Assembly (NCBI GenBank): GCA_937898415.1
Contig: CALDLA010000009.1
Span: 4,272-68,271 of the forward strand
Direction of reading: 5' to 3'
Length of the DNA: 64,000 nucleotides
From: an uncultured Prevotellaceae bacterium
GTDB lineage: Bacteria; Bacteroidota; Bacteroidia; Bacteroidales; Bacteroidaceae
In this document: piece after piece, positions 52,396 through 62,376 of the stretch
How the letters are laid out: each line of letters opens with the position of its first letter
Position numbering within the stretch: position 1 is the first letter of the stretch
Position numbers and translations under genes: made by a program
Notes under the pieces: model-generated
The model's input: only the letters and a program-made list of their open reading frames with translations
Told to the model about the DNA's origin: nothing
The model's database searches: none

Positions 52396-55300
52396 ATGAA
52401 GAAACTATTATTGTTGTTAGCGTGTGCTTTCCTTGGATTAGTGGCACAGGCAGAGAAAGTGACAGAGCGAGAGGCTCTGCAGAAAGCCCAGCAGTTTATG
52501 CAGGGCAAGGTATTCAAGCATAGCGGCATGAGGAAGCGTGCTCCGCAGAAGGATAGAGGCAGTGCGGGCTACTATGTTTTTAATGCTGAGAACAACGGCG
52601 GCTTTGTCATTGTGGCAGGCGATAACCGCCTGAAGGACATTCTCGGTTATTCCGAGAGTGGCAGCTTCAGCATGGATCAACTGCCTGACAACGTGAAGTG
52701 GCTGCTGGACTACTACGACGAGATTGCCAATGCACCTTCCGATGGTGCCCAGCATCTCAGCGCCCCTGCTTCAGCCAGCAGGCCGGAGGTGCAGCCGCTG
52801 GTTACGACGAAATGGGATCAGTGGGCTCCTTACAACAATCACTGCCCCGTAGTGAATGGACAGAAGTCTCCTACGGGCTGTGTGGCCACGGCAATGGCAC
52901 AGGTCATCAACTACTTCCAGTGGCCTATCAACGAGGTGAGGTCGGTAGCAGACTATACATCGAATACGGAGCAGGTCTATATGCCAGAACTTCCTGCCCG
53001 TAAGATTGGATGGTACAGCATGACTGACGACGAAATCGCCTGGCTGATGCGCTATTGTGGCCAGGCCGTCACGATGGACTACATGCCCATCGAGTCGGGA
53101 GCCCGTGCCATCGATATTGCCGGTGCCCTGATATCGGTCTTCAACTACAGCAAGACGACCACGCTTGTAGGCCGCAGCTCCTATTCCGATGCTGAATGGG
53201 AGGAGTTGATCTACAACGAACTGACTGTGGGACGCCCTGTGATCTACAGTGGTGACGCGGGAAACGGCTTGTCGGGCCACTCCTTCGTCCTACATGGCTA
53301 TAAGGACGGCCTGTTCTGTGTGAACTGGGGCTGGAGCGGACAGTGTGACGGCTATTTCGCCTTGACCAACCTGAGTCCCAACGACATGCAGCACTACACG
53401 GAAAACCAGAATGCCATCATCGCAATCCAGCCTGCATCTAACAACAATGACGATGCTATAGATGCTGCTTTCGAGCGTACCATTCAACTTGACAAGGCTG
53501 GCACGCTGGCCGACATGATTCCTGAGAAGGAACGTGGCAGTATCAAGAAACTCACCATCGCTGGCAACCTGAATGGTGACGACATCTATGTGATTCGAGA
53601 AATGGCGAATTCCAGCTTGCAGACGCTCGACATGAAGGATGCCAGGATTGTGAAGGGTGGAAAGGCGTACTACAGGAGCTATACAACTGAGGATGATGTG
53701 GTGGGCGAGAACATGTTCTCTGGGTGCCAAGCCCTGCAGACGCTCATCCTTCCCTCCAGCATCAAGTCCTACAAGTTAGGTGCCTTTTCTAGTACCGACT
53801 TGCGTTCTTTCGTCGTGCCGAAGACCGTCACCAGCATAGGCCGAGGCCTCTTCACGGGATGCAAGAACCTGGGGGCTATAGAGGTGGAGGAGGACAACCC
53901 CACCTACTACTCGCCTGCCGGCAGCAATGCCATCATCGAGCGTGCCACGAACACGCTCATTGCCGGCTGTCCTGCTACCGTCATCCCTGAGGGCGTGACC
54001 ACGATAGCAACCTTTTCTCTCTCCACGAACATTCTCGGCATAACGTTGCCTGAGAGCCTGACAACCATCGAGCCAAATGCTTTTGAGGGCGCACCGCTGA
54101 AATACCTGCATATTCCCAAGAATGTCACGTCGATAGGAATGGCAGCATTCAGCGTTGCTCTTTTGCAAGGCATTTCGGTGGATAGCGAAAACACCGTCTA
54201 TGATAGCAGGAATAACTGTAACTGTTTGATTGAGACGGCCACGAACACCGTCCTGATGGGCAGTGCCGGTTCTGAAATTCCAGAAGGCATTGAGGCCATC
54301 GGCGATGCGGCGTTTCGTTACAACGATATAAGAACTGTCACACTGCCACAGTCGCTGAAGCACATAGGCAAGTTGGCCTTTGAAGGTATCTGGTTGCGTT
54401 ATCTGGAGATTCCCTCCAATGTCACCACCATTGGCAGCTCTGCTTTTGGCTTCTTCAAGCCGAAGGTGTGCCGGGTAAAGTGTCAGACGCCGCCCACCAT
54501 TGATGCCACCACCTTTAACCAGGTTTCGCCGGAAGCCAGGCTGATAGTGCCTGACGGTACGAAGGCTCTGTATCAGGATGCAACGGGATGGAATGCTTTC
54601 TCCACCATATTGGAGGAGTCGGAACTCCAGTCATCACGTACGTTGCATGTGGCTACTGCCGGGAGCCTGTCGACACTCATCCCTGAGGACGAGATTGACA
54701 ACATTGAGAGTCTGACGCTGACGGGGCAGCTCAATGCCGATGACCTCCGCTTTATCAAATACAATTTGTGTGGAGTCAATCAGCATGGCATCTTGCGCCT
54801 CCTCGACATGACCAATGCAAGAATAGAGAATGATGCCATCGGCCAAGATGGATTGGCTGGCGCCATCACGCTGGAGGAGATTAAGCTTCCCAACACCTTG
54901 AAGTCTATTGGCAAGAGTGCATTCATGAATTCGGGCATCAAGAAGATTGTTATTCCCAAGTCTGTCACTAAGCTGGACTTCGAAATCTTCTATCAATGCC
55001 ATAGCCTGGCATCCATCAGTGTTGAGGCCGGCAACCCTGTGTTCGACTCTCGTGAGGACTGCAATGCCATCATCGAGACCTCTACCAATATCCTGCTCAT
55101 TGGCTGCCGCTCCACCATGGTGCCGGCCAGTGTGGTGGGCCTTGGCAGATCTTCCTTCAGTGGTGTGAGAGGTCTGACCAGCCTCGACCTGCCCGATGGT
55201 GTGAGGAGCATTGACAATTCCGCTTTCTGGGCCGACGAGGGCCTGACCTCCGTCAGGCTTTCCAAGAGCATCGTCGAGCTGGGTACAGGCCCGTTTGTAG

Positions 55301-57597
55301 GCTGTTCGAATATTTCGTCGCTTGTCATCGATCCTGAGAATCCTGTCTATGACTCGCGAAATAATTGCAACGCCATTATCGAGACGGCCACCAACACGCT
55401 GATTCAGGGCTTCGGCACGACAAAGATTCCTGAGGACGTGGTGAAGATTGCGCCTCTGGCTTTCCAGTATCAGTCTTTGGCCTATATCGAAATACCTGCC
55501 GGTATAAAGGAGTTGGGCGAGTCCTGCTTCCGCTTCTGCAACAACCTCACCACTGTGGTCAGCTACATCAAGAAGCCGTTCCCCGTCAGTTCCACGGTAT
55601 TCAGCGGCTCAAACATGGAGACGGCTGTGCTCTATGTCCCCTTCGGCACAAAGAACGCCTATGCTGCCACTTCTGGCTGGGGTTCCTTCCCGAAGATTAT
55701 CGAGATGGATCCTACCGATGATGAGCTTGGACAGTATGCCGCCAGCGTGGCTGTATCCGACTTCGGCACGCATTATGCCGGACTGAACACGCTGGTCGAC
55801 GTGCCCGTCTACATGGTGGGTGGCAGCATCGACCCCATCACCAACATCGACTATACTATTACCACCGGCGACAACGTCTATCAGGGGCATATCGACATCT
55901 CGCCCCTCTCCTATATGATGACGGCACAGGTGCTCATACCTTTCCCTGCCGATGCCACCGTTGGCGAGAAAGTGAAGACGCTGACCATCACCAAGGTGAA
56001 CGGGGTGGATAACGAGGCGACCGAGAAGACAGCCACCGGTACGCTGGTCACCGTGAAGCGCAAGCCCAAGTTCGTGCCGCTGGTCGAGGAGGCTACTGGC
56101 ACCTGGTGCGGATGGTGCCCCCGTGGTGCCACTGGCCTGAAACTGCTCAACAAGACCTTCCACGATGACGTCGTTACCGTTGCTGTGCATAGCAACGACC
56201 TCATGGAACTGCCCGGCTACAGCGTCAATGCCACCAGCTTCCCCAGTTGCCAGATCAACCGTGTCGAGGTGGTCGACCCCTACTATGGTTCCAGCATCCT
56301 TCCCTTTGGCATCAAGCTCGATGTCGAGAATGCCATGCGTCAATATACCATTGGCGAGATAGCGGTGGATGCCCAGTGGGCCGATGACAGCAAGACGGCC
56401 ATCAAGGTCAGTACCACCACTACCTTCGTTGAGGACGTCGCCTCGTCGCCCTATCAGATTGGCTACCTGCTGCTTGAGGATAAGCAGACAGGCTGGAGTC
56501 AGAAGAACTACTTCTCGGGCAGCACCATCAACGACCCCAACCTCAAGCCGTTGGTAGACAGCCCCAGTGTGATGCAGGACGTGAAGTATGACCATGTTCC
56601 CGTGGCCACTTGGCAGCACGACACCGGCGTTGTAGGCTCACTGCCTGCCACCATCACCAGCGAGGTGCCCATGAACTATACCTACACGCTCGACATCACG
56701 GGCAACACACGCATCCAGAACAAGGATCAGCTGGTCGTCGTGGCACTGCTACTCAACAAGGACACCAAGGAGCTCGTCAACTGTGCGAAGTTCAAGTTCA
56801 CGCCAGATCCCGATCCCTCAGTGATCACCGCACAAAATTACAGTCGCCTCTATGGCGATGCCAACCCCGCCTTTGAATATACTGTCGAAGGCGGAGACCT
56901 CGAGGGAACGCCAGTCATCAGCTGTGAGGCTACGGCCAACTCGCCCGTAGGCACCTATCCCATCGTCGTGAGCCAAGGCACCGTCAGCAACGAAGAGGTC
57001 ACCTATGTGGAAGGCACCCTCACCATCGAGCCTGCTCCCCTCACCATCAGTGCTGGCACCTACACCAAACGCGAAGGCGACCCGCTGCCTGAGTTCACCC
57101 TCACCTATCAGGGCTTCAAGAACAATGAGACCAGTGCCGTGCTGACACGCCAGCCTGTTGTCACCAGCGAGGCCACCGCCAGCAGCGCCCCCGGCGAATA
57201 TCCCGTCACCGTAGGCGGAGCGGAAGCCCAGAACTATGCCATCAGCTATGTCGACGGCAAGCTCATCATCACCGAGTTGCCCAGCTACACCCTGACCTAT
57301 CTCATCGACGACACCCCCTACAAGACCAGTCTCGTCAAGGAGGGCACCCCCATCACGCCAGAGCCCGCCCCGCAGGGCGACTACGTCAGCTTCGTGTGGG
57401 AAGGTGAGCCTGCCGTGATGCCTGACCACGACGTCACCGTGATAGCCGTTTACGCAACGGGAATCACTGAGGTGATGATGGTGCAGCAAGGGAAAGTACG
57501 CATCTACACGCCTGATGGTAAGCGGATTGGCAAGTTACAGAAGGGTATGAACATCCTCGTAATGCCTGATGGCACCACGAGGAAGATATGGAAGTAA
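52396..57597 (+). CDS. 1733-aa mosaic: Spi/I69 propeptide + C10 cysteine peptidase + BspA-type leucine-rich repeats + Omp28/thioredoxin-like module + MBG repeats + T9SS-CTD-like end
   Basis: GFVIVAGDNRLKDILGYSESG (propeptide). C10 Cys motif SPTGCVATAMAQVINYFQWP and His motif GHSFVLHGY...NWGWSG. Many IPxxVTxIGxxAF LRR units. EEATGTWCGWCPRG. YGDANPAFEYTVEGGDLEG-type MBG repeats. C-terminal ...KVRIYTPDGKRIGKLQKGMNILVMPDGTTRKIWK. Confidence 0.82.
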   Translation: MKKLLLLLACAFLGLVAQAEKVTEREALQKAQQFMQGKVFKHSGMRKRAPQKDRGSAGYYVFNAENNGGFVIVAGDNRLKDILGYSESGSFSMDQLPDNVKWLLDYYDEIANAPSDGAQHLSAPASASRPEVQPLVTTKWDQWAPYNNHCPVVNGQKSPTGCVATAMAQVINYFQWPINEVRSVADYTSNTEQVYMPELPARKIGWYSMTDDEIAWLMRYCGQAVTMDYMPIESGARAIDIAGALISVFNYSKTTTLVGRSSYSDAEWEELIYNELTVGRPVIYSGDAGNGLSGHSFVLHGYKDGLFCVNWGWSGQCDGYFALTNLSPNDMQHYTENQNAIIAIQPASNNNDDAIDAAFERTIQLDKAGTLADMIPEKERGSIKKLTIAGNLNGDDIYVIREMANSSLQTLDMKDARIVKGGKAYYRSYTTEDDVVGENMFSGCQALQTLILPSSIKSYKLGAFSSTDLRSFVVPKTVTSIGRGLFTGCKNLGAIEVEEDNPTYYSPAGSNAIIERATNTLIAGCPATVIPEGVTTIATFSLSTNILGITLPESLTTIEPNAFEGAPLKYLHIPKNVTSIGMAAFSVALLQGISVDSENTVYDSRNNCNCLIETATNTVLMGSAGSEIPEGIEAIGDAAFRYNDIRTVTLPQSLKHIGKLAFEGIWLRYLEIPSNVTTIGSSAFGFFKPKVCRVKCQTPPTIDATTFNQVSPEARLIVPDGTKALYQDATGWNAFSTILEESELQSSRTLHVATAGSLSTLIPEDEIDNIESLTLTGQLNADDLRFIKYNLCGVNQHGILRLLDMTNARIENDAIGQDGLAGAITLEEIKLPNTLKSIGKSAFMNSGIKKIVIPKSVTKLDFEIFYQCHSLASISVEAGNPVFDSREDCNAIIETSTNILLIGCRSTMVPASVVGLGRSSFSGVRGLTSLDLPDGVRSIDNSAFWADEGLTSVRLSKSIVELGTGPFVGCSNISSLVIDPENPVYDSRNNCNAIIETATNTLIQGFGTTKIPEDVVKIAPLAFQYQSLAYIEIPAGIKELGESCFRFCNNLTTVVSYIKKPFPVSSTVFSGSNMETAVLYVPFGTKNAYAATSGWGSFPKIIEMDPTDDELGQYAASVAVSDFGTHYAGLNTLVDVPVYMVGGSIDPITNIDYTITTGDNVYQGHIDISPLSYMMTAQVLIPFPADATVGEKVKTLTITKVNGVDNEATEKTATGTLVTVKRKPKFVPLVEEATGTWCGWCPRGATGLKLLNKTFHDDVVTVAVHSNDLMELPGYSVNATSFPSCQINRVEVVDPYYGSSILPFGIKLDVENAMRQYTIGEIAVDAQWADDSKTAIKVSTTTTFVEDVASSPYQIGYLLLEDKQTGWSQKNYFSGSTINDPNLKPLVDSPSVMQDVKYDHVPVATWQHDTGVVGSLPATITSEVPMNYTYTLDITGNTRIQNKDQLVVVALLLNKDTKELVNCAKFKFTPDPDPSVITAQNYSRLYGDANPAFEYTVEGGDLEGTPVISCEATANSPVGTYPIVVSQGTVSNEEVTYVEGTLTIEPAPLTISAGTYTKREGDPLPEFTLTYQGFKNNETSAVLTRQPVVTSEATASSAPGEYPVTVGGAEAQNYAISYVDGKLIITELPSYTLTYLIDDTPYKTSLVKEGTPITPEPAPQGDYVSFVWEGEPAVMPDHDVTVIAVYATGITEVMMVQQGKVRIYTPDGKRIGKLQKGMNILVMPDGTTRKIWK

Positions 57598-57625
57598 TCT
57601 ATTTGGACTTTTGCCAGGCACCCAT

Positions 57626-58039
57626 CTACGGCACCTGGCTGACACCTTCGGCGGTGGCGGGAATCCTGCAGATGCGCCCGTCACCGTCATAGTTCATAGG
57701 CTCGGCAATGATGCTGCGACTGTAGCTGGTGCCGTCGGTCAGACCGCCGTTGTGGGAGAAGAAAAGCCATTGGTTCCTGAAATTGACGATGGCGGGGTGT
57801 GTGGTGTTCGAGTTACCGGCAATCTCGCTGATGATGCCCATGGGAGCGTAGGGGTCTGTTCTCGTTCAGCGCATACCAGTTCTGTGCGTCCTCGCTCACT
57901 GCGAACCGCAGTTGTTCCATCAGGTTCTGCTCGCCCCTCCTTCGAAATAGGCGAAAAGGTAACCAGCGAACTTTTGTCTATTTTGAGCCTGCACTGTAAA
58001 TGCCAGCCCTAATAGTATTAATAGAAAGGCTCTTTTCAT
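57626..58039 (-). pseudogene. decayed GH43-like gene (signal peptide + N-terminal stub fused to C-terminal about 70 aa, multiple frames)
   Basis: MKRAFLLILLGLAFTVQAQ...YLFAYFEGG... stops. The next frame reads EQNLMEQLRFAVSEDAQNWYALNENRP. The third frame is the track ORF 57626..57841, with ...WLFFSHNGGLTDGTSYSRSIIAEPMNYDGDGRI. Confidence 0.6.
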
Positions 58040-58046
58040 GTTCGTT

Positions 58047-59534
58047 TTATTTTTCTACAAACGTATTGAACGAATGGGCGGCGAGGGTCGCATTGAGGTA
58101 ACGCTTGCCAACGGGAATACTAAGTTCACGAGCCTCGTTATTGGTATTGCCGCAGATGATGACGCGCTTGCCATCAGGACGCTGGAAGGCGATGGTCTGG
58201 AGACCGTCTTTTATCGGATAGAAAGCAAGGAGGGTGCTGCCCGGCTCCACGAAGTGGGAGAAGTGCTTGTAGGCGTAGTACTCGGGAGTGTAGCGATAAG
58301 TGCGGTTGGCCGAGCGCACCTGCACGAGGGCGTTCTGCTTCCAGCCCCAGGCGCTGCGGCCCTGGTCACAAAGGATGAAGTTCCAGTTGTAGTACTCGTC
58401 GCAGCCACGACCGATGTACTCGTGCAGCAGGTAGAAGGTGTGCTCGCCGGCACGCCAGCCCATCTGGCCGTTGCCGCACTCGCTCTCGCTGCTCACCATG
58501 TGCAGTTCGGGATGGTGTTCGCGCATATAGTCAAGATTCTCGCGGCCTTCCCACTGAAAGCCGAGTCCCTCCACACAGCCTTGCAGCCCGTTGACAATGC
58601 GCTGCACATAGTCCTGACGGTTGGTGTTGAACGTGCCCACATAAAGCTTCACCTCAGGATGCTTTTCGCGCAGGGTGGGCGCCAGATAATCCTTGTTAAA
58701 CTTAATGGTGCCCTCTGCCGTCCATGCGCATCCTGGATAAGGCGTGTAGCTGTATGCTTCGTTCTGGTACATCACCATGTCAATGGGTATGTTCTCCCCA
58801 GCATAGAGGTCGATGAACTTGCAGAACATATTCGCATAGGCCTGCAGGTAGCGCGGGTCTTGGATAAAATAGTTCTGCGAGGCCAGCTTCTTGGGGAACA
58901 GACCCTTGCGCTCTCCTAAGAACTGCATCTCGTTGGGATCGGGCATGCCGCCGTCGTCGAAGAGCAAATAATCCTTCTCCTTCGGCTGTGTGTTATATGG
59001 CGAGCTTGCAACGCAGTAGTCCTGGTTTATCTTCATCCACGCTGGCGGACTCCACGGCGACACCCAGAAAGTCATGGCAGGCTGCCACCGCTGCGCCATC
59101 TTGATGAGCTGGATAACATTTTCTTTGTCGTGCTCGATGTTGAAGTACTTCAGCGCGAAGTCGCCCGCCACTGTGTCACACGAGTACCACGCACGACTAT
59201 AGTCGTTGGCGTTCATCGTCAGACGTCCGCGTGTGAAGCGCAGGTCGCCGTCGGGCGCGAAGATATCGTGCATGATTTTCTCCTGCTCCTCCGGCTTCAG
59301 CAGTCGGATAGCATCAAGGTCGAGTTCGTTGAAGCAGGTACCGAAAGCCTTGAAAGGCTTTGAGTGAAGAGTGAAGAGTGAAGAGTGAAGAATAGGCTGC
59401 GCCTTGGCTTTCGCCGAGAGCGAGACCTTACCTTTCGTTTGCCACGGCTGCTGCTCCGTCGTGGTGTACTGCGTGAACGTTTGTGCTGATACCTGCACGG
59501 CAATCAGACTTAGGATGCATAATATTTTTCTCAT
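58047..59534 (-). CDS. GH30-like glycoside hydrolase (secreted)
   Basis: Signal peptide ...IAVQVSAQ. FGTCFNELD, NANDYS, WVSPWSPPAWMK and MYQNE are consistent with the GH30 TIM barrel. Confidence 0.78.
   Translation of the reverse strand: MRKILCILSLIAVQVSAQTFTQYTTTEQQPWQTKGKVSLSAKAKAQPILHSSLFTLHSKPFKAFGTCFNELDLDAIRLLKPEEQEKIMHDIFAPDGDLRFTRGRLTMNANDYSRAWYSCDTVAGDFALKYFNIEHDKENVIQLIKMAQRWQPAMTFWVSPWSPPAWMKINQDYCVASSPYNTQPKEKDYLLFDDGGMPDPNEMQFLGERKGLFPKKLASQNYFIQDPRYLQAYANMFCKFIDLYAGENIPIDMVMYQNEAYSYTPYPGCAWTAEGTIKFNKDYLAPTLREKHPEVKLYVGTFNTNRQDYVQRIVNGLQGCVEGLGFQWEGRENLDYMREHHPELHMVSSESECGNGQMGWRAGEHTFYLLHEYIGRGCDEYYNWNFILCDQGRSAWGWKQNALVQVRSANRTYRYTPEYYAYKHFSHFVEPGSTLLAFYPIKDGLQTIAFQRPDGKRVIICGNTNNEARELSIPVGKRYLNATLAAHSFNTFVEK
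59362..59392. repeat. heptamer array GAGTGAA x4.4 inside GH30 coding sequence
   Basis: Four perfect units at 59362-59389 plus GAA. In the gene's sense strand it encodes ILHSSLFTLHS. Confidence 0.9.
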
Positions 59535-59606
59535 CTTTGCGGTAGTTTTTACTTAATAACGTATTTCATGCCGTTTTTGATATATACACCACGCATTTTT
59601 GTTGCA

Positions 59607-61370
59607 TTAGCGCCAGCCACCAGGACCGCCACCACCGGGACCGCCGCCCATGCCACTGCCGCTTGTATAGGTGGAGAGGCTGACGCTGGAGCCACCGCTG
59701 ACGGTGCCGCCGCTGATACCGAGACCACCGAAGTAGGCCGTGCCGCCACTAATGCTGACGCCCGACTGGAGTGTGGGCTGCGAAGCCCCGCTGACCACCA
59801 AGCCAGTACCACCGCTTGACGGAGTCTGGAACGAGAACGTATTGCTGCCGACGGTCAGCGCATACCACGTGTTGGCCGACCATGAACTCTGATAGCACGA
59901 CTGCGAGAGCTGAGAGCCGTTCTCCAATCCGCCCACGGCGACGACGGTGCCGCCCGTCAGGTAGAGCTTGTAGCCGCCCTCGGTGTTGGCGTCGATGGCC
60001 ACCTCTGGCGAGCCGGAACAGATGGCGTAGACGGTGCCGCCTTTGATGTAGCAGTTGCCGTTGGCATCCAGCCCGTCGTTGTGCTGGCCTTGGGCATAGA
60101 CGTAGCCTCCGCTGATGGTCATCGTGCTTTTCGAGTTGACGGCGTCGTCGTAGGCATACGAGGCCACCTCGCCACCCGTGATGCTCAATTCCTTCTTCGT
60201 CTCAATGCCCTCGCCGTTATAGCCGCTGGTGCGCACCCAGATACGGCCGCCGCTCACGGTGATGTTGCCATCGGCTTTGATGCCCTTGGGCGACGAGGTG
60301 TCGTTGTTGCTCTTGTACTGTCCGCCCTTGGTGATGACATAGACGCTGCCGCCATTGAACCGGGCCTCCATATCCACGTTGATGCCCTTGCCGCCCGAGC
60401 CTGTATTCTTCAGCCACAGCTCGCCGCCATTCACCGTCAGCGCTGAGTCGGCCTTGATGCCTGCCGCCCCCTTGGCCTCGCGGTCATCCGTGTCGTACAT
60501 ACCGTCGCCCGTGGTCAGCACGGTGGTGCGCCCGCCGTTGACGATGATGTTACTCTCGCAGTTGATGCCCTTCGCAGCCGCCGCCGTCACCTCGACGTTC
60601 AGGATGCCCCCGTTGATGTAGATGCCGTCGTTGGCCTTGATGCCGTGATTGGCCGTCGACTTCACGTAAATATTATTACCTTTGTTAAAGGCGATGTAGT
60701 CGGCCGAATGGATGCCATTATTGCTATTACCAGTGACACTGAGCGTCCCGCTTCCATTGAACAGCAGCTTGCCCTTGCAGTAGAGGGCGCCCTTCTGCGA
60801 GCCGCCCGTACCGTCGGCCAGTGTGTTTGTAGTGCCGTCGGTCAGGATGATGAATGCCCGCTTGCCGCTCAGCAGGTTCAGCGCCGCCGAGTCGGGATTG
60901 GTGATGCTCGCACCGCTGAGCTTCACGGCATACTTCTTCTCGCCCAAGATGGTCAGCGAACCGTTGGCCGTCGTACCACTCACCACGTAGCACACCTTCT
61001 TCTCCGACCCGTGGTTGGCCGTCACATGACCGCCACTGACCGTCACCTCCACACCGTTCTCCGTCTTTGCCACGGGATTCGACAGGTCGATGCTGACCTC
61101 CGTCGTGAAGTCATTGTCCTCCAGCGCGTCCTCCTCGTCGGGCAGATAGGCCGTTGCGGCCTCTGTCGGCTCAGCCGTGGTCCTGTCTATTGCAACGTCG
61201 AACGTGGTCAGTTCGCCTATTGTGGCTGAATTCCCATTTGTCTGCATACCGCCACCGTTCCAGCTGTCATTACCATTGTCTACAAACTCCTCGAACGGGT
61301 CTTCCGCCGAGCAGCACGTCAGTACTGCTACCGATGCTGCAAGCATCATGAAATACAAAATCTTCTTCAT
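59607..61370 (-). CDS. lipoprotein with parallel beta-helix repeats (Cthe_2159-like carbohydrate-binding family) and a Gly/Pro-rich tail
   Basis: Internal ATG MKKILYFMMLAASVAVLTCC-S. It has repeated ...GIxxxxxIxINGGxLxV... units and ends GMGGGPGGGGPGGWR. TATCTTTG box on the minus strand at 61407-61400. Confidence 0.68.
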   Translation of the reverse strand: MKKILYFMMLAASVAVLTCCSAEDPFEEFVDNGNDSWNGGGMQTNGNSATIGELTTFDVAIDRTTAEPTEAATAYLPDEEDALEDNDFTTEVSIDLSNPVAKTENGVEVTVSGGHVTANHGSEKKVCYVVSGTTANGSLTILGEKKYAVKLSGASITNPDSAALNLLSGKRAFIILTDGTTNTLADGTGGSQKGALYCKGKLLFNGSGTLSVTGNSNNGIHSADYIAFNKGNNIYVKSTANHGIKANDGIYINGGILNVEVTAAAAKGINCESNIIVNGGRTTVLTTGDGMYDTDDREAKGAAGIKADSALTVNGGELWLKNTGSGGKGINVDMEARFNGGSVYVITKGGQYKSNNDTSSPKGIKADGNITVSGGRIWVRTSGYNGEGIETKKELSITGGEVASYAYDDAVNSKSTMTISGGYVYAQGQHNDGLDANGNCYIKGGTVYAICSGSPEVAIDANTEGGYKLYLTGGTVVAVGGLENGSQLSQSCYQSSWSANTWYALTVGSNTFSFQTPSSGGTGLVVSGASQPTLQSGVSISGGTAYFGGLGISGGTVSGGSSVSLSTYTSGSGMGGGPGGGGPGGWR

Positions 61371-61782
61371 AACTCTGTCTTTTTCTATTTTTGATGATGC
61401 AAAGATAATCCAAACAAACCGGCTCGCCAAAAATATTCAGCGAACCGGTTGTTTCATTCAACAAAAAGTTTTGTCGGCTAATCCCGAAGCGGAATACCTC
61501 AGGATTCTTTGGGGGTTGGGGGGTAAGTCGCGCAAACGCCCGGCTTTTTACGTTTTACATTTTTTACGTTTGAAAAATGCGTAAATAATCTTTTCGCCAA
61601 AACGTAAAAATATCTCATTTTGCAAAATGCGTTTTTTCTGCCAAAAAACTTACACGTTTCAATTATCTTATCTACCTTTGCCACCGGAACCCGAGTTGGA
61701 GTGCTACTCCCAGTCTTCTCCGAGGCTGCTCCCGTTTCTGTAACTATTCATATTGTTTAACCCAACTTAATCTAAACTTTTT

Positions 61783-62019
61783 ATGGCAAAAGTAGGATTT
61801 TGGCTCAAAGGAGCAAAAGGAAAGTTGGCAGGCTCGACCATCTATAAGGATGGTAATGGCGACACCGTTATGCGCGAGGTCGTATCTCCCGCCAACCCGC
61901 AGACCGACGCACAGATGATTCAGCGTATCATCATGCACACCGTTATGTCTGCCTTCAGCAAGATGAAGGCCATTACCGACCACTCTTTCGAGGGTGTGAA
62001 GGCCGGAATGCCATCCTAA
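61783..62019 (+). CDS. 78-aa hypothetical ORF, possibly the N-terminal stub of a longer gene
   Basis: Track ORF with a TACCTTTG box at about 61670. I could not identify a family. Confidence 0.3.
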   Translation: MAKVGFWLKGAKGKLAGSTIYKDGNGDTVMREVVSPANPQTDAQMIQRIIMHTVMSAFSKMKAITDHSFEGVKAGMPS

Positions 62020-62267
62020 GAAGGTATACCAATCGCTATAAACGAAATACGATAGCGAAGATTATTACCAAGTGGGCACCGCCTAACGAGAATGCGACAC
62101 AACGCTACATCAATAACGTTTCGAAGAGTGTAGGAATACCGAAAGATGCGCCAATTAGGTTTGAAGATAAAACAACCATGATAGCTTTGTTCGGGGCTAT
62201 GGCCTTCATGGAATGTGGACAATTCATAGACGAGGCAATCATCGAAAAGGGCTACGACATGGTATAA
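62020..62267 (+). pseudogene. start-less out-of-frame fragment (...IAKIITKWAPPNENATQRYINNVSKSVGIP...IEKGYDMV*)
   Basis: An open frame without a start codon follows the previous ORF directly. The WAPPxEN...YI motif is reminiscent of phage or cell-wall-enzyme accessory domains, but that recollection is weak. Confidence 0.3.
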
Positions 62268-62376
62268 CTCAAAGAGAACTCATCATCATCCGATGGGTTC
62301 TCTTTTTGTAAAACGTAAAAAATCTAAAACCTAAAAAGCTGGGCATTTGTGCCACGTATCTGCTACGCAACGGATA

